DNA of 26,740 nucleotides, taken from the IMG/VR virus record IMGVR_UViG_3300049844_000278, positions 1-26,740 of that record; one strand, written 5' to 3'. Under the pieces are notes generated by a model. The model did not search any database and had not been told where the DNA came from. It worked only from the letters and a program-made list of their open reading frames with translations. This document shows positions 8,972 to 16,520 of this stretch, in pieces. The stretch comes from a virus (taxonomy: Duplodnaviria; Caudoviricetes). A program made the position numbers and the translations under genes. Each line of letters starts with the position of its first letter. Within the stretch, counting starts at the first letter, position 1.

Positions 8972-10045
8972 CTATCTTTCGCGTTTGCTGTATTGTTTCC
9001 TGTTCACGGTGTGCTTGGATATGCCGGCGGCTTTCGATTTGTAATTCATGAAAGCGTCCTCAAGGTCCTGGTTGTAATTGAAGGCCAGGTCGGAAGTCGC
9101 TTGGTTGGTATCCTCAACGGTACGGTTGAAGTCACGCAATACGCCTTGCTGGGCTTTGCCGAACTTCGCTTGGTTCCGGTTCTTGGCTATCTCGCGGTAG
9201 CCGGTGTTCTGCAAGCCCTGTGCGGTTAACACGTTGCCCATTGTGCGCGTGGTTTGCTCACGGGCGATATAAGCTTCCTGGGCCAACCTTTCGGCGTCCT
9301 GGGTGGCTTGCTGCACTTGTAGGTCGTATTTGCTTAGGGCGTTCCCGTAAGCGTTTTTGTATTTATTGACGAGGTAATCATACTCGCTGCCGGCCTCATC
9401 GCCCTCTTGCTGGGCCACCTTACCGCTGGTCTTGTCACTGTTGCCGGATGGAACATTGGCGCCTGGTAGGTTTGGACCGCCTGGCAAGGCGTTGGCATTG
9501 ACCGCATTCAGATTATTGACGCGGTCATACTGTTGTTTGCCTTTCAGTGGAACCAGGTTATCGGCCACTTGGGTCTGCATCAAAGGGGTTACTGTTTCGT
9601 CCATGAACTTCTGTTCATCGGGATTTGGCCCGCCTTGGTCGGGTGCTACCGGATTGGGGATAGTCGGGGGCGCGCCTCTTGAACCCGTTTTGGACCCGGG
9701 TATGCTGCCACTTTCTACCGCCTTACGGTAGGCGTCCATCGAAGCTTCATCGGCTTGTTTGAACCCCTCCATCGTGGGTTTACCGCCGGTTACGCCACCT
9801 GGGTACAGGTCAACGTTGGTATCACCTGGTTGGAATCCGACGGAATTCCGTACAGCGGTCTGCAAAGCTGTGGCGGGGTTGGGAACTTTAGCCATGCTTG
9901 CGGCATCAGCTTTCTTGAATCCTGCCATTGTGGCAGCTGGTTTGGCTACTGTGGTTTTAGGAGCCACCGGCTTAACGACCGGTTTTGTAACCGGTTTCGA
10001 TACCACCTTTCTAGTCGTTGTATCCTCTAATCTCACTTTAGCCAT
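8972..10045 (-). CDS. Putative internal virion / DNA ejection protein (~357 aa)
   Basis: ATG 10045 preferred over 10066 because AAAAGGGGTG SD precedes it. K/P/V/T-rich N-terminus and a Q/A-rich helical C-terminus (AQEAYIAREQ...AQGLQNTGYRE). Lies immediately upstream of the giant protein. Function is inferred from position and composition. Confidence 0.6.
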   Translation of the reverse strand: MAKVRLEDTTTRKVVSKPVTKPVVKPVAPKTTVAKPAATMAGFKKADAASMAKVPNPATALQTAVRNSVGFQPGDTNVDLYPGGVTGGKPTMEGFKQADEASMDAYRKAVESGSIPGSKTGSRGAPPTIPNPVAPDQGGPNPDEQKFMDETVTPLMQTQVADNLVPLKGKQQYDRVNNLNAVNANALPGGPNLPGANVPSGNSDKTSGKVAQQEGDEAGSEYDYLVNKYKNAYGNALSKYDLQVQQATQDAERLAQEAYIAREQTTRTMGNVLTAQGLQNTGYREIAKNRNQAKFGKAQQGVLRDFNRTVEDTNQATSDLAFNYNQDLEDAFMNYKSKAAGISKHTVNRKQYSKRER

Positions 10046-10062
10046 TTCATCACCCCTTTTGT

Positions 10063-10075
10063 GCATATTATAGCA
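10063..10075 (-). promoter_or_regulatory. Extended -10 promoter (TGCTATAAT) for the ejection-protein module
   Basis: Perfect TGnTATAAT at 10075-10067 in a short AT-rich intergenic gap. The 13-mer TGCTATAATATGC is identical to the one upstream of terS. Confidence 0.7.
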
Positions 10076-10090
10076 CTGTTTAACATAATT

Positions 10091-10723
10091 TTAACCATTT
10101 GCCGTTATGTAGAACGAGCATAAATAGTTGGATAAGCCCCCATCACCCTCGGACACCGTAACATCCTGTGGGCTGCTGTTATATATCTTGTAGCGGATGT
10201 AGTTCACGGTATCGTTGGACACCGTTCCATCGGCACTTGGGGACATGCTTTGCGAGGTTGCGGCCTGCTGCCCGTAAAAACCCAAGACCAGGGTCGGGTT
10301 CACCTCGGCGCTGGCGTTTGCAACTTGGTTGGTGGGCGTACCATCGGTCTGCTCGCTTGCCTTATCGTTGATGGCCAGGTCCTTAATCGTGGCAGATGGT
10401 TGGATAACCACTATCATCTTGCGGTTGGCCGATGTGCCGTTCATGCCGGTTATGGTCGCCCCGGGGTCGCCGGACACGGCCACCTTATAGGATACGATGT
10501 GTTTGCGCACGCCGTTGAAGCCTAAATCGATTTGCGTAAAGTCGGTTGGTACCACGGTGGTCGGTTCACCTGTTGAGTTAATGGCTTTATCGAATAGGAT
10601 GATAATATCCCCAATGACCGTTCCCGATGGGATAACCACCGTGCTGGCGGCCGAGTTGGCCTGCGCCCTATATGTAAACGATAAGGGTTTCGAGAAGCTG
10701 TACGGGTTGATAAGAAAGCTCAT
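10091..10723 (-). CDS. Putative fibre-tip adhesin / receptor-binding protein (210 aa)
   Basis: N-terminus MSFLINPYSF followed by a Ser/Thr-rich beta-sandwich-like sequence. Starts 1 nt after the stop of the fibre gene that ends in GAKGLKVTL. Confidence 0.55.
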   Translation of the reverse strand: MSFLINPYSFSKPLSFTYRAQANSAASTVVIPSGTVIGDIIILFDKAINSTGEPTTVVPTDFTQIDLGFNGVRKHIVSYKVAVSGDPGATITGMNGTSANRKMIVVIQPSATIKDLAINDKASEQTDGTPTNQVANASAEVNPTLVLGFYGQQAATSQSMSPSADGTVSNDTVNYIRYKIYNSSPQDVTVSEGDGGLSNYLCSFYITANG

Positions 10724-10724
10724 A

Positions 10725-12020
10725 TTAGGCCCTCTTGTAATACAGCGTGACCTTCAGGCCTTTAGCCCCTGTGCCGGCTGTATCGATATCAAAGGTAATC
10801 TCGTCATCGTCCGCAATGTTGTAAGGCGTTGAGGTCATGACCGCTGCGGTGGTGGCACTGACCGATGTTTTCTCGTTGGCGTCTATCGTCAGGGTGGTGC
10901 TAAAGATACTAGACCCGTTCTTGTTGATGTCAATCGCGGGCAACCCGGACGTTGATGCCGTGCTTAATGACGCCCTGGGTATTCTTGTTAAAGCGCACCC
11001 AATTGGCATGCGGATGGTCACTTTGGCCGTACCGGTCGTAATCGCGGTGGTTTCATCGCTTAAGGCAACGGTCAAGGACATTTCATTGGCTTTAAGGGCA
11101 ATATCCAATTTGTTAACACTGTCGGTTAACGATTCATCGTTTTGGATGTAATTCTGTTGGCTATATGTCAGGTTCCCGATGTCGGTGATAGCCCCGCTTA
11201 AAGCTGTCCCAAGGTTGGTTGCCCCAAGCATGGTCGTGGTGGCCGGGAAGGTCACCGTACCTGTAAAGGTCGGGCTGTCTGTGGGAGCTGGGTTAATCAT
11301 CGACCCAATAATAACACCGCCATAAGCAATGGCGTACGCTGTGGTGCAGCTGGTTGGGACACAATTTCCGGCAATAATCCCTGCGCCATACGCATATAAA
11401 CCTGTTGTGCAACTTGAAACCGAGCTGTCTTCCATTGTGACCAATGCACCTTGGCCTGCGAATACGCCGCGCTGTCTGTTTTGGATAGTGCAAGTTACCA
11501 TATGCACGTGGCCCTCCCACACTTCTACCCCGATATACGAAGTAGCCGATACGGTCGTTACGCAACTGTCCAGCATGGTATTTGTATTGGACCAGAGGTC
11601 GAATGCAACATCACTTGTGGTTGTAGGCCTTAAGCCTTTAAGAACAACGTTGCCTGTGTTGCCATAAGCTGTTACGTTATTCACATAAATGGTCGAACCG
11701 GTTATTTTCAGCGTCCCGTACCCGCCTAAAAACCCATTGACTACAAGGGATTCAGGGTACGTCCCATTGGTAACGTTAATGGTTACGTTATGTTCAAGAT
11801 ATTTAGGGACCAGGTTTATTGCGTGCTGGATGGTAGCAAACTTGGACCCAATGCTGCCGTCATTGGCATCATTGCCGGTGGCCACGTCTACATAGTAGTT
11901 TGTGGTTGCCGTTGTCGCGGTAAAAAGCCTGCCCGCTAAGCTTGGTAACGTTACTGTTCCGACCGCACCTTCCGCGAGCGTTGTTACCCCAATCTTGGTG
12001 TTGTTCTTTAGCTCTGCCAT
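10725..12020 (-). CDS. Tail spike/fibre protein with pectin-lyase-like right-handed beta-helix (431 aa)
   Basis: YYVDVATGNDANDGS...FATIQHAINLVP...TINVTNGTYPE is the usual cap of a parallel beta-helix. The C-terminal ~110-aa domain ends in ITFDIDTAGTGAKGLKVTLY. AAGGAAGGAG SD; TAATG overlap with the upstream gene. Confidence 0.7.
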   Translation of the reverse strand: MAELKNNTKIGVTTLAEGAVGTVTLPSLAGRLFTATTATTNYYVDVATGNDANDGSIGSKFATIQHAINLVPKYLEHNVTINVTNGTYPESLVVNGFLGGYGTLKITGSTIYVNNVTAYGNTGNVVLKGLRPTTTSDVAFDLWSNTNTMLDSCVTTVSATSYIGVEVWEGHVHMVTCTIQNRQRGVFAGQGALVTMEDSSVSSCTTGLYAYGAGIIAGNCVPTSCTTAYAIAYGGVIIGSMINPAPTDSPTFTGTVTFPATTTMLGATNLGTALSGAITDIGNLTYSQQNYIQNDESLTDSVNKLDIALKANEMSLTVALSDETTAITTGTAKVTIRMPIGCALTRIPRASLSTASTSGLPAIDINKNGSSIFSTTLTIDANEKTSVSATTAAVMTSTPYNIADDDEITFDIDTAGTGAKGLKVTLYYKRA

Positions 12021-14776
12021 TACATATCCACTCCTTCCTTGATGGTGGTGACAACCAGGGTTAATGCGTTGTCGGTATTGAATCCGGTTCCCTCGACCAA
12101 TTCCACGACGGTCAGGTTGCCGTTCGAATCCAGGTTGTTTTCGGTTCCCTCGTACAGGGTTCCCTTAATCTCTACATTATACGTGCTATCCAAGGTCATT
12201 ATCAGGTGTTCCCCGGCGTTGAATACTTCCGCAACGGCCCCTAATATGATATTGACCGGGCTGCTGGCGGCGAACTTCTTCAAGGTCAGGACGCCGGCTT
12301 CGGAAATATCCAAGGCCACGCTGGTGGCGAGCTGTTTGGTCCTGTCCAATGCGGCGCTGGCCCCAATCGTCAAGGCCTCCAGTTTGCTCAGGAACTTCTT
12401 GATGAGCGCGGCTGAACTGACGCCCACGCTGATGGACACGGCTGCTATGGCTACCTTGGATTTGACCATAACGCCCGCTGTGGTGGTTGTCAGGTTGACG
12501 GCTGCGGTGGTTATCTTGTTCTTGGCAATCAACCCGGCGGTTCCAAACGCCACGCTGACGGCAGCGGCCAAGCCTTTGATGCGGGTCAATGCGCCGGTGG
12601 TCGTGGTGGTCAGGCTGGAAGCTGCGGCTAAAGCTATTTTCTTGTAGGCCACCCCGGCCGGCGTTACCGTCATGGCCACGGCTGCGGTTACATAGGTCTT
12701 ACCGCTTAAGACGGCGGTCGACCCGAAGGTCAGGGCCACGGCAGCGGTCAAGGCGTTCAATTCGCTCAGTTCTGCGGCTATCCCCAGGACTATCCCAACG
12801 GCTGCGGCGGCTATCTTCGATTTGGTAGCACTACTGGTAGCCCCGACCGTTAAGGCGGTTAAGGCGGTGGCCAGCTTGGTCTTGATAATGGGCGCGGTCA
12901 CCCCAATGGTGGCGGCAACGGTCGCGGCTAAAGCTTTGGTCTTGACGATAACGGCCGTTTGCCCAATCGTCAGGGCATTCACCGTTAAGGCCAGTTTCTT
13001 CCTGAAAGCCACGGCACTGGTCCCGATGGTCGCGGCAACGGTCGCGATGGCAATCTTGGATTTTATCATCGGGGCCGTTTGGCTAATGGCCACGGCCACG
13101 GTTGCGGAGAGGTTTTTAAGTTTGGCCAGGACCGCGCTGGTCCCGATGCTCAATGATACAGCTGCGGTTGCTATGAACTTTTTGCCTAGTACGGCGGCAA
13201 CCCCAAGACTTAAGGCGGCGGTTACGGTCATGAACTTCTGTTTGAACGCGACCCCGCTTTCAGCTAAATCAAGGTTGATGGTTGAATCAGCGTAATGGGT
13301 CTGTGGGCCTGAGCTGATGATAAACCTTTTTGCTGTCGCATAATAATCGTATAACGTTGTCTTATTCGGGTCTTGGGCCTGAACCGTCCAATAATAGGTC
13401 CCGGTCGATAATGCGCTTTGAACCGTATAATTCTGTTCAACCCCGGATGTCGTCGGATGCGATGCGCCAGCCGAGAACCCGGTATGGTCTGTTGAATATG
13501 CGTTTACGACGCTTGAAATCATAGTGTATGTAAGTTCAATATCGCCTGTGCTGGACGACCACGTTGTTCCGGTCGCATCATCATTATATATACTTCCAGT
13601 ATAAGCGTCTGACGTGCTCTTACTTATATAGACATAGTTTGATACACTTAATGTCGCGTTGATTCCATCAAAAATTATACAGTATTTTGTACCCGATACA
13701 AGATTGGCCAAGAGGGGAATCGTGTAGTAAGCGAACGTACTGGTCAGGGAACTTATGGCGATTGAACCATACCCTAATGTTCCGTCGAATTGGGTTGCTG
13801 CTAACGGAATAGCACCCGGGTATTCGAACCCGGTGGCTATATTTCTAATGCGAACGCCTATCGTCCCGGTCGGGCTACCGACGGTCCTTAATTTAACCGT
13901 TATATCTTTCAACACGCCCGTTGCAGGGGCCGTGAAAGATTGCGATAATAAATCGCCGCTGTTTAACCCTAGGTTTACTTGGGTATCGAACGTTCCTGAC
14001 ATCACATATTCTGTCGCAGAACCAATATGAACATGATAATCAACCGCTTGGCTGTAATAATCCGTACCCGTAAAATACACGGTTGGCGTCGTATCTGTTG
14101 TGCTCGACCCGTCCGTTGGATTGCCTAGCGCTGTGCTTGTAACTGAATACTCATAGAACACCGCACCTAAAGCTATGTTTACAACCGAAGATGTCATGGT
14201 CCATGTAATAGTTGCAGCCCCTGTCGTCGTGGTTGCATAAGCACACCCGCTGCAATAGGACCCCATATCCGTTTCGCTTCCGCTAATTTCCGTCCCGGTC
14301 GTAACAGACATGGCCGTAATTGCGGATACAGAGGTTGTAATACACCCAATATACATTGCGTTCATGAAGCTCATTCCTGTTTTCGCAATTGAATGAACCG
14401 TATTGGTGGCTATGTTATATGATACGTTATCCAACATGATACCAACATAGGACGTTGAAACGATATCGACGATGGTTACTTGGGCATCCGTTACCGTTCC
14501 ACCGAAGGTGACGCTAAATGTTTTGGATGTTCCAACGCTTACATTAGAAAACACATATGCGGCAACACGTCGGGATGAATATGCGGCGATATTGCTGTAT
14601 ATGGGCCTTATACTATCGAATGTTACGGTATGTGCGTAATCGGAATCGCTTGTATCGTAGCCCGTGAGCAAAGCCACAACGTATTTGGTGTTCGTTGCGG
14701 AAGTATGGGCTTGGGTAAACCCGGTTGTACTGGCTTTATTGCCTGAATTGCTAACTGTGCCGATGCTTAGCGCCAT
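12020..14776 (-). CDS. Multidomain fibre protein (918 aa): N-terminal beta-sandwich/Ig-like domains plus 18 x 20-aa repeats
   Basis: ORF track; AGGAAGG SD. Ig/FN3-like signatures (PTDGSSTTDTTPTVYF; LSTGTYYWTVQAQD) flank an inserted LSQSFTAP domain. aa 493-852 are periodic. Confidence 0.7.
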   Translation of the reverse strand: MALSIGTVSNSGNKASTTGFTQAHTSATNTKYVVALLTGYDTSDSDYAHTVTFDSIRPIYSNIAAYSSRRVAAYVFSNVSVGTSKTFSVTFGGTVTDAQVTIVDIVSTSYVGIMLDNVSYNIATNTVHSIAKTGMSFMNAMYIGCITTSVSAITAMSVTTGTEISGSETDMGSYCSGCAYATTTTGAATITWTMTSSVVNIALGAVFYEYSVTSTALGNPTDGSSTTDTTPTVYFTGTDYYSQAVDYHVHIGSATEYVMSGTFDTQVNLGLNSGDLLSQSFTAPATGVLKDITVKLRTVGSPTGTIGVRIRNIATGFEYPGAIPLAATQFDGTLGYGSIAISSLTSTFAYYTIPLLANLVSGTKYCIIFDGINATLSVSNYVYISKSTSDAYTGSIYNDDATGTTWSSSTGDIELTYTMISSVVNAYSTDHTGFSAGASHPTTSGVEQNYTVQSALSTGTYYWTVQAQDPNKTTLYDYYATAKRFIISSGPQTHYADSTINLDLAESGVAFKQKFMTVTAALSLGVAAVLGKKFIATAAVSLSIGTSAVLAKLKNLSATVAVAISQTAPMIKSKIAIATVAATIGTSAVAFRKKLALTVNALTIGQTAVIVKTKALAATVAATIGVTAPIIKTKLATALTALTVGATSSATKSKIAAAAVGIVLGIAAELSELNALTAAVALTFGSTAVLSGKTYVTAAVAMTVTPAGVAYKKIALAAASSLTTTTTGALTRIKGLAAAVSVAFGTAGLIAKNKITTAAVNLTTTTAGVMVKSKVAIAAVSISVGVSSAALIKKFLSKLEALTIGASAALDRTKQLATSVALDISEAGVLTLKKFAASSPVNIILGAVAEVFNAGEHLIMTLDSTYNVEIKGTLYEGTENNLDSNGNLTVVELVEGTGFNTDNALTLVVTTIKEGVDM
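12221..13300 (-). repeat. 18 tandem degenerate 20-aa (60-nt) coding repeats
   Basis: Units align without gaps, consensus xKxLxAxVALTIGxTAVLxK, e.g. SKIAIATVAATIGTSAVAFR / TKALAATVAATIGVTAPIIK / IKGLAAAVSVAFGTAGLIAK. Confidence 0.85.
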
Positions 14777-14786
14777 AAAGGGTCCG

Positions 14787-14822
14787 CCTTCCTATGAAGG
14801 AGGGGAAGCCGAAGCCTCCCCT
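14787..14822 (-). promoter_or_regulatory. Stable C(UUCG)G hairpin followed by an SD-occluding hairpin
   Basis: mRNA AGGGGAGGC-UUCG-GCUUCCCCU (14822-14801, 9 bp with one G-U) has no U-tract. It is followed by CCUUC-AUAG-GAAGG (14800-14787), which covers the GGAAGG SD of the 918-aa gene. Confidence 0.65.
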
Positions 14823-14829
14823 AAATGAA

Positions 14830-15204
14830 TCAAGCTAAGGTAAAGTCGATGGCGCCGGCGGCGAAGCTTAAGGTATCCCCGGCCTCGGTTGTCTTACTGG
14901 CGGTCAGGGTTCCATAAGCCCAAATAGTCCCGGCGGATACGTTATCCCAAACAGCGAAATGGGTCACGGTCGTGGCCGGCATGTTCGTGAAGTTGATAGC
15001 GCCCGAGTTCTCGGTAGCGGATGCGGATGATGTGCTGAACGTGCAGGATTGGCGGGCATATGAGCCCCCGGTTACTTCGCTCGTCCCGGAATCCCCTGGG
15101 TTGGCGGTATGCAACGATACATACCAAGCGGTCGGGTCAGTGAAGTCCGTACCCTGAAAAATCTTATTCAATACCTGATTCTCTGCTGTGGTGGTTAATG
15201 GCAT
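14830..15204 (-). CDS. Small virion structural protein (124 aa), widespread minor tail/fibre subunit family
   Basis: Motif WYVSLHTANPGDSGTSEVTGGSYARQ...VTHFAVWD...AGDTLSFAAGAI, recognisable from phage minor structural proteins. Strong AAAGGAGG SD. Confidence 0.7.
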   Translation of the reverse strand: MPLTTTAENQVLNKIFQGTDFTDPTAWYVSLHTANPGDSGTSEVTGGSYARQSCTFSTSSASATENSGAINFTNMPATTVTHFAVWDNVSAGTIWAYGTLTASKTTEAGDTLSFAAGAIDFTLA

Positions 15205-15225
15205 TTTAATGCCTCCTTTCTAACC

Positions 15226-16512
15226 CTATGCTCCAATGTACAGGAATTCCAATTTATTGGTCCCGCTGTTGAAGTTGATTTTATAATTGCCCAGCGTCAG
15301 CGTGGTCAGTGTCAGGTTTGTCTGCGCACCGCCCTCGTCGAATTCCAACGCTGTTTCAGCCTGGTTGACACGGACATACATCCCGGCCTGGCCTGTGTAG
15401 GCTGCCGGTACATCGTTCAGGTCCGTAAAATCCTCGACCCCTGCCCCGCCCTGGACATATTCCAAGCCGGTTTCATCAGCCTTGACCTTGACGGCATAGC
15501 CGCCGGACCCGGTATAAGCCGCTGGGGTATCGGTCAGGTCCTTAAAGGTTTGCAGGTCCGAACTTAAGATGCCGCTCCCATCGATTGACAAGCGGGAGCC
15601 AACCTTGACGCCCCCCAGGGTGCCAGCCGCTGCGGTCGGTAACGTGTACCTATCCGCTGAATGATAATGAAGGCTGCTATTCCCACCATCTGTCAGGTCC
15701 GTTGCGTTTATGTCCGAGATGTTATTGACCTCGGCCCCGGATTCTATGCCGGCAAGCTTGGTCTTTTCAGTGGCGGTATAGGCCTTGTTTGTGGTGCCAT
15801 CCGTAATCGTATCGGCAGATTGGGTACCGCTGTGATTGCTGCGGTTACGGTCGGCGGCATGATAATGAAGACTTGAATCACCTCCATCGGTCAGGTCGGT
15901 GGCCTGGGTGTCATTGATATTATTGACCTCGGCCCCCGCTTCGATGCCAGCCAGCTTGGTTTGCTCCGTTGCCGTGTAAACCTTGTTGGTGGCCCCGTCT
16001 GTAATGGTATCGGCTGATTGCGTGCCGGTATGGTTGGAACGTGCGCGGTCCGCATTGTGGTAATGCTGGGCCGTGGTTGCGCCACCGGTCAGTTCTGCCG
16101 CTTGGGTATCATTGATGTTATTCACTTCGGCCCCGGCCTCAATCCCGGATAGCTTGGTCTGCTCGGCGGTCGTATAGGCGGCCGTGACATTATCCAGGGT
16201 AGTCTTGTTGCTGTGCGTATGGCGGGCCGAGGTATTGGCTGCCACATCGGTGTTATTGCTGACCTCGGTATCGAAGTCGGTTACCTCCGAGGCGGTGTGC
16301 GTATGCCCCACATTTGACTTGGCCGGTAAGACGGTCCCGTTGAGTTCATCAATCAGGTCGTTGTACTTGGGGATAAGCTCTTTGTTCAGGTTGTCGAACT
16401 TAGCCTTGAGCTGGGCGGCACTCAGGCCATCCTGCTCGTTTGGGCGGTCGGAAAGTGAGGATATATCCCGCTCGGTGTATGCTTCACTGACTTTGTAATC
16501 GGTTATGGCCAT
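15226..16512 (-). CDS. Tail fibre protein with HxH-containing repeats (428 aa)
   Basis: N-terminal LSDRPN...LSAAQLKAKFD attachment-like segment, EQTKLAGIEAGAEVN repeats, YTLPTAAAGTLGGVKVG fibre motif. Follows the tail tube gene. Confidence 0.75.
   Translation of the reverse strand: MAITDYKVSEAYTERDISSLSDRPNEQDGLSAAQLKAKFDNLNKELIPKYNDLIDELNGTVLPAKSNVGHTHTASEVTDFDTEVSNNTDVAANTSARHTHSNKTTLDNVTAAYTTAEQTKLSGIEAGAEVNNINDTQAAELTGGATTAQHYHNADRARSNHTGTQSADTITDGATNKVYTATEQTKLAGIEAGAEVNNINDTQATDLTDGGDSSLHYHAADRNRSNHSGTQSADTITDGTTNKAYTATEKTKLAGIESGAEVNNISDINATDLTDGGNSSLHYHSADRYTLPTAAAGTLGGVKVGSRLSIDGSGILSSDLQTFKDLTDTPAAYTGSGGYAVKVKADETGLEYVQGGAGVEDFTDLNDVPAAYTGQAGMYVRVNQAETALEFDEGGAQTNLTLTTLTLGNYKINFNSGTNKLEFLYIGA
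15649..16176 (-). repeat. About 2.7 tandem 66-aa (198-nt) repeats in the fibre gene
   Basis: YT(T/A)xE(Q/K)TKL(S/A)GIE...HYH..DR units start at aa 113, 179 and 245. Confidence 0.85.
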
Positions 16513-16520
16513 GGTTTCAC

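Noticed and set aside
12039-13295. Long plus-strand ORFs (202 aa, 157 aa) and similar ones opposite portal and terL
   Set aside because: Antisense shadows of coding frames with biased codon use; no motifs and no independent expression signals seen.
12221-16176. CRISPR array
   Set aside because: The repeats are degenerate at nucleotide level, in frame, and lack unique spacers.
10091-16512. Diversity-generating retroelement or invertible cassette acting on the fibre genes
   Set aside because: No reverse transcriptase or invertase, and no template/variable repeat pair differing at adenines. The repeats seen are in-frame coding duplications.
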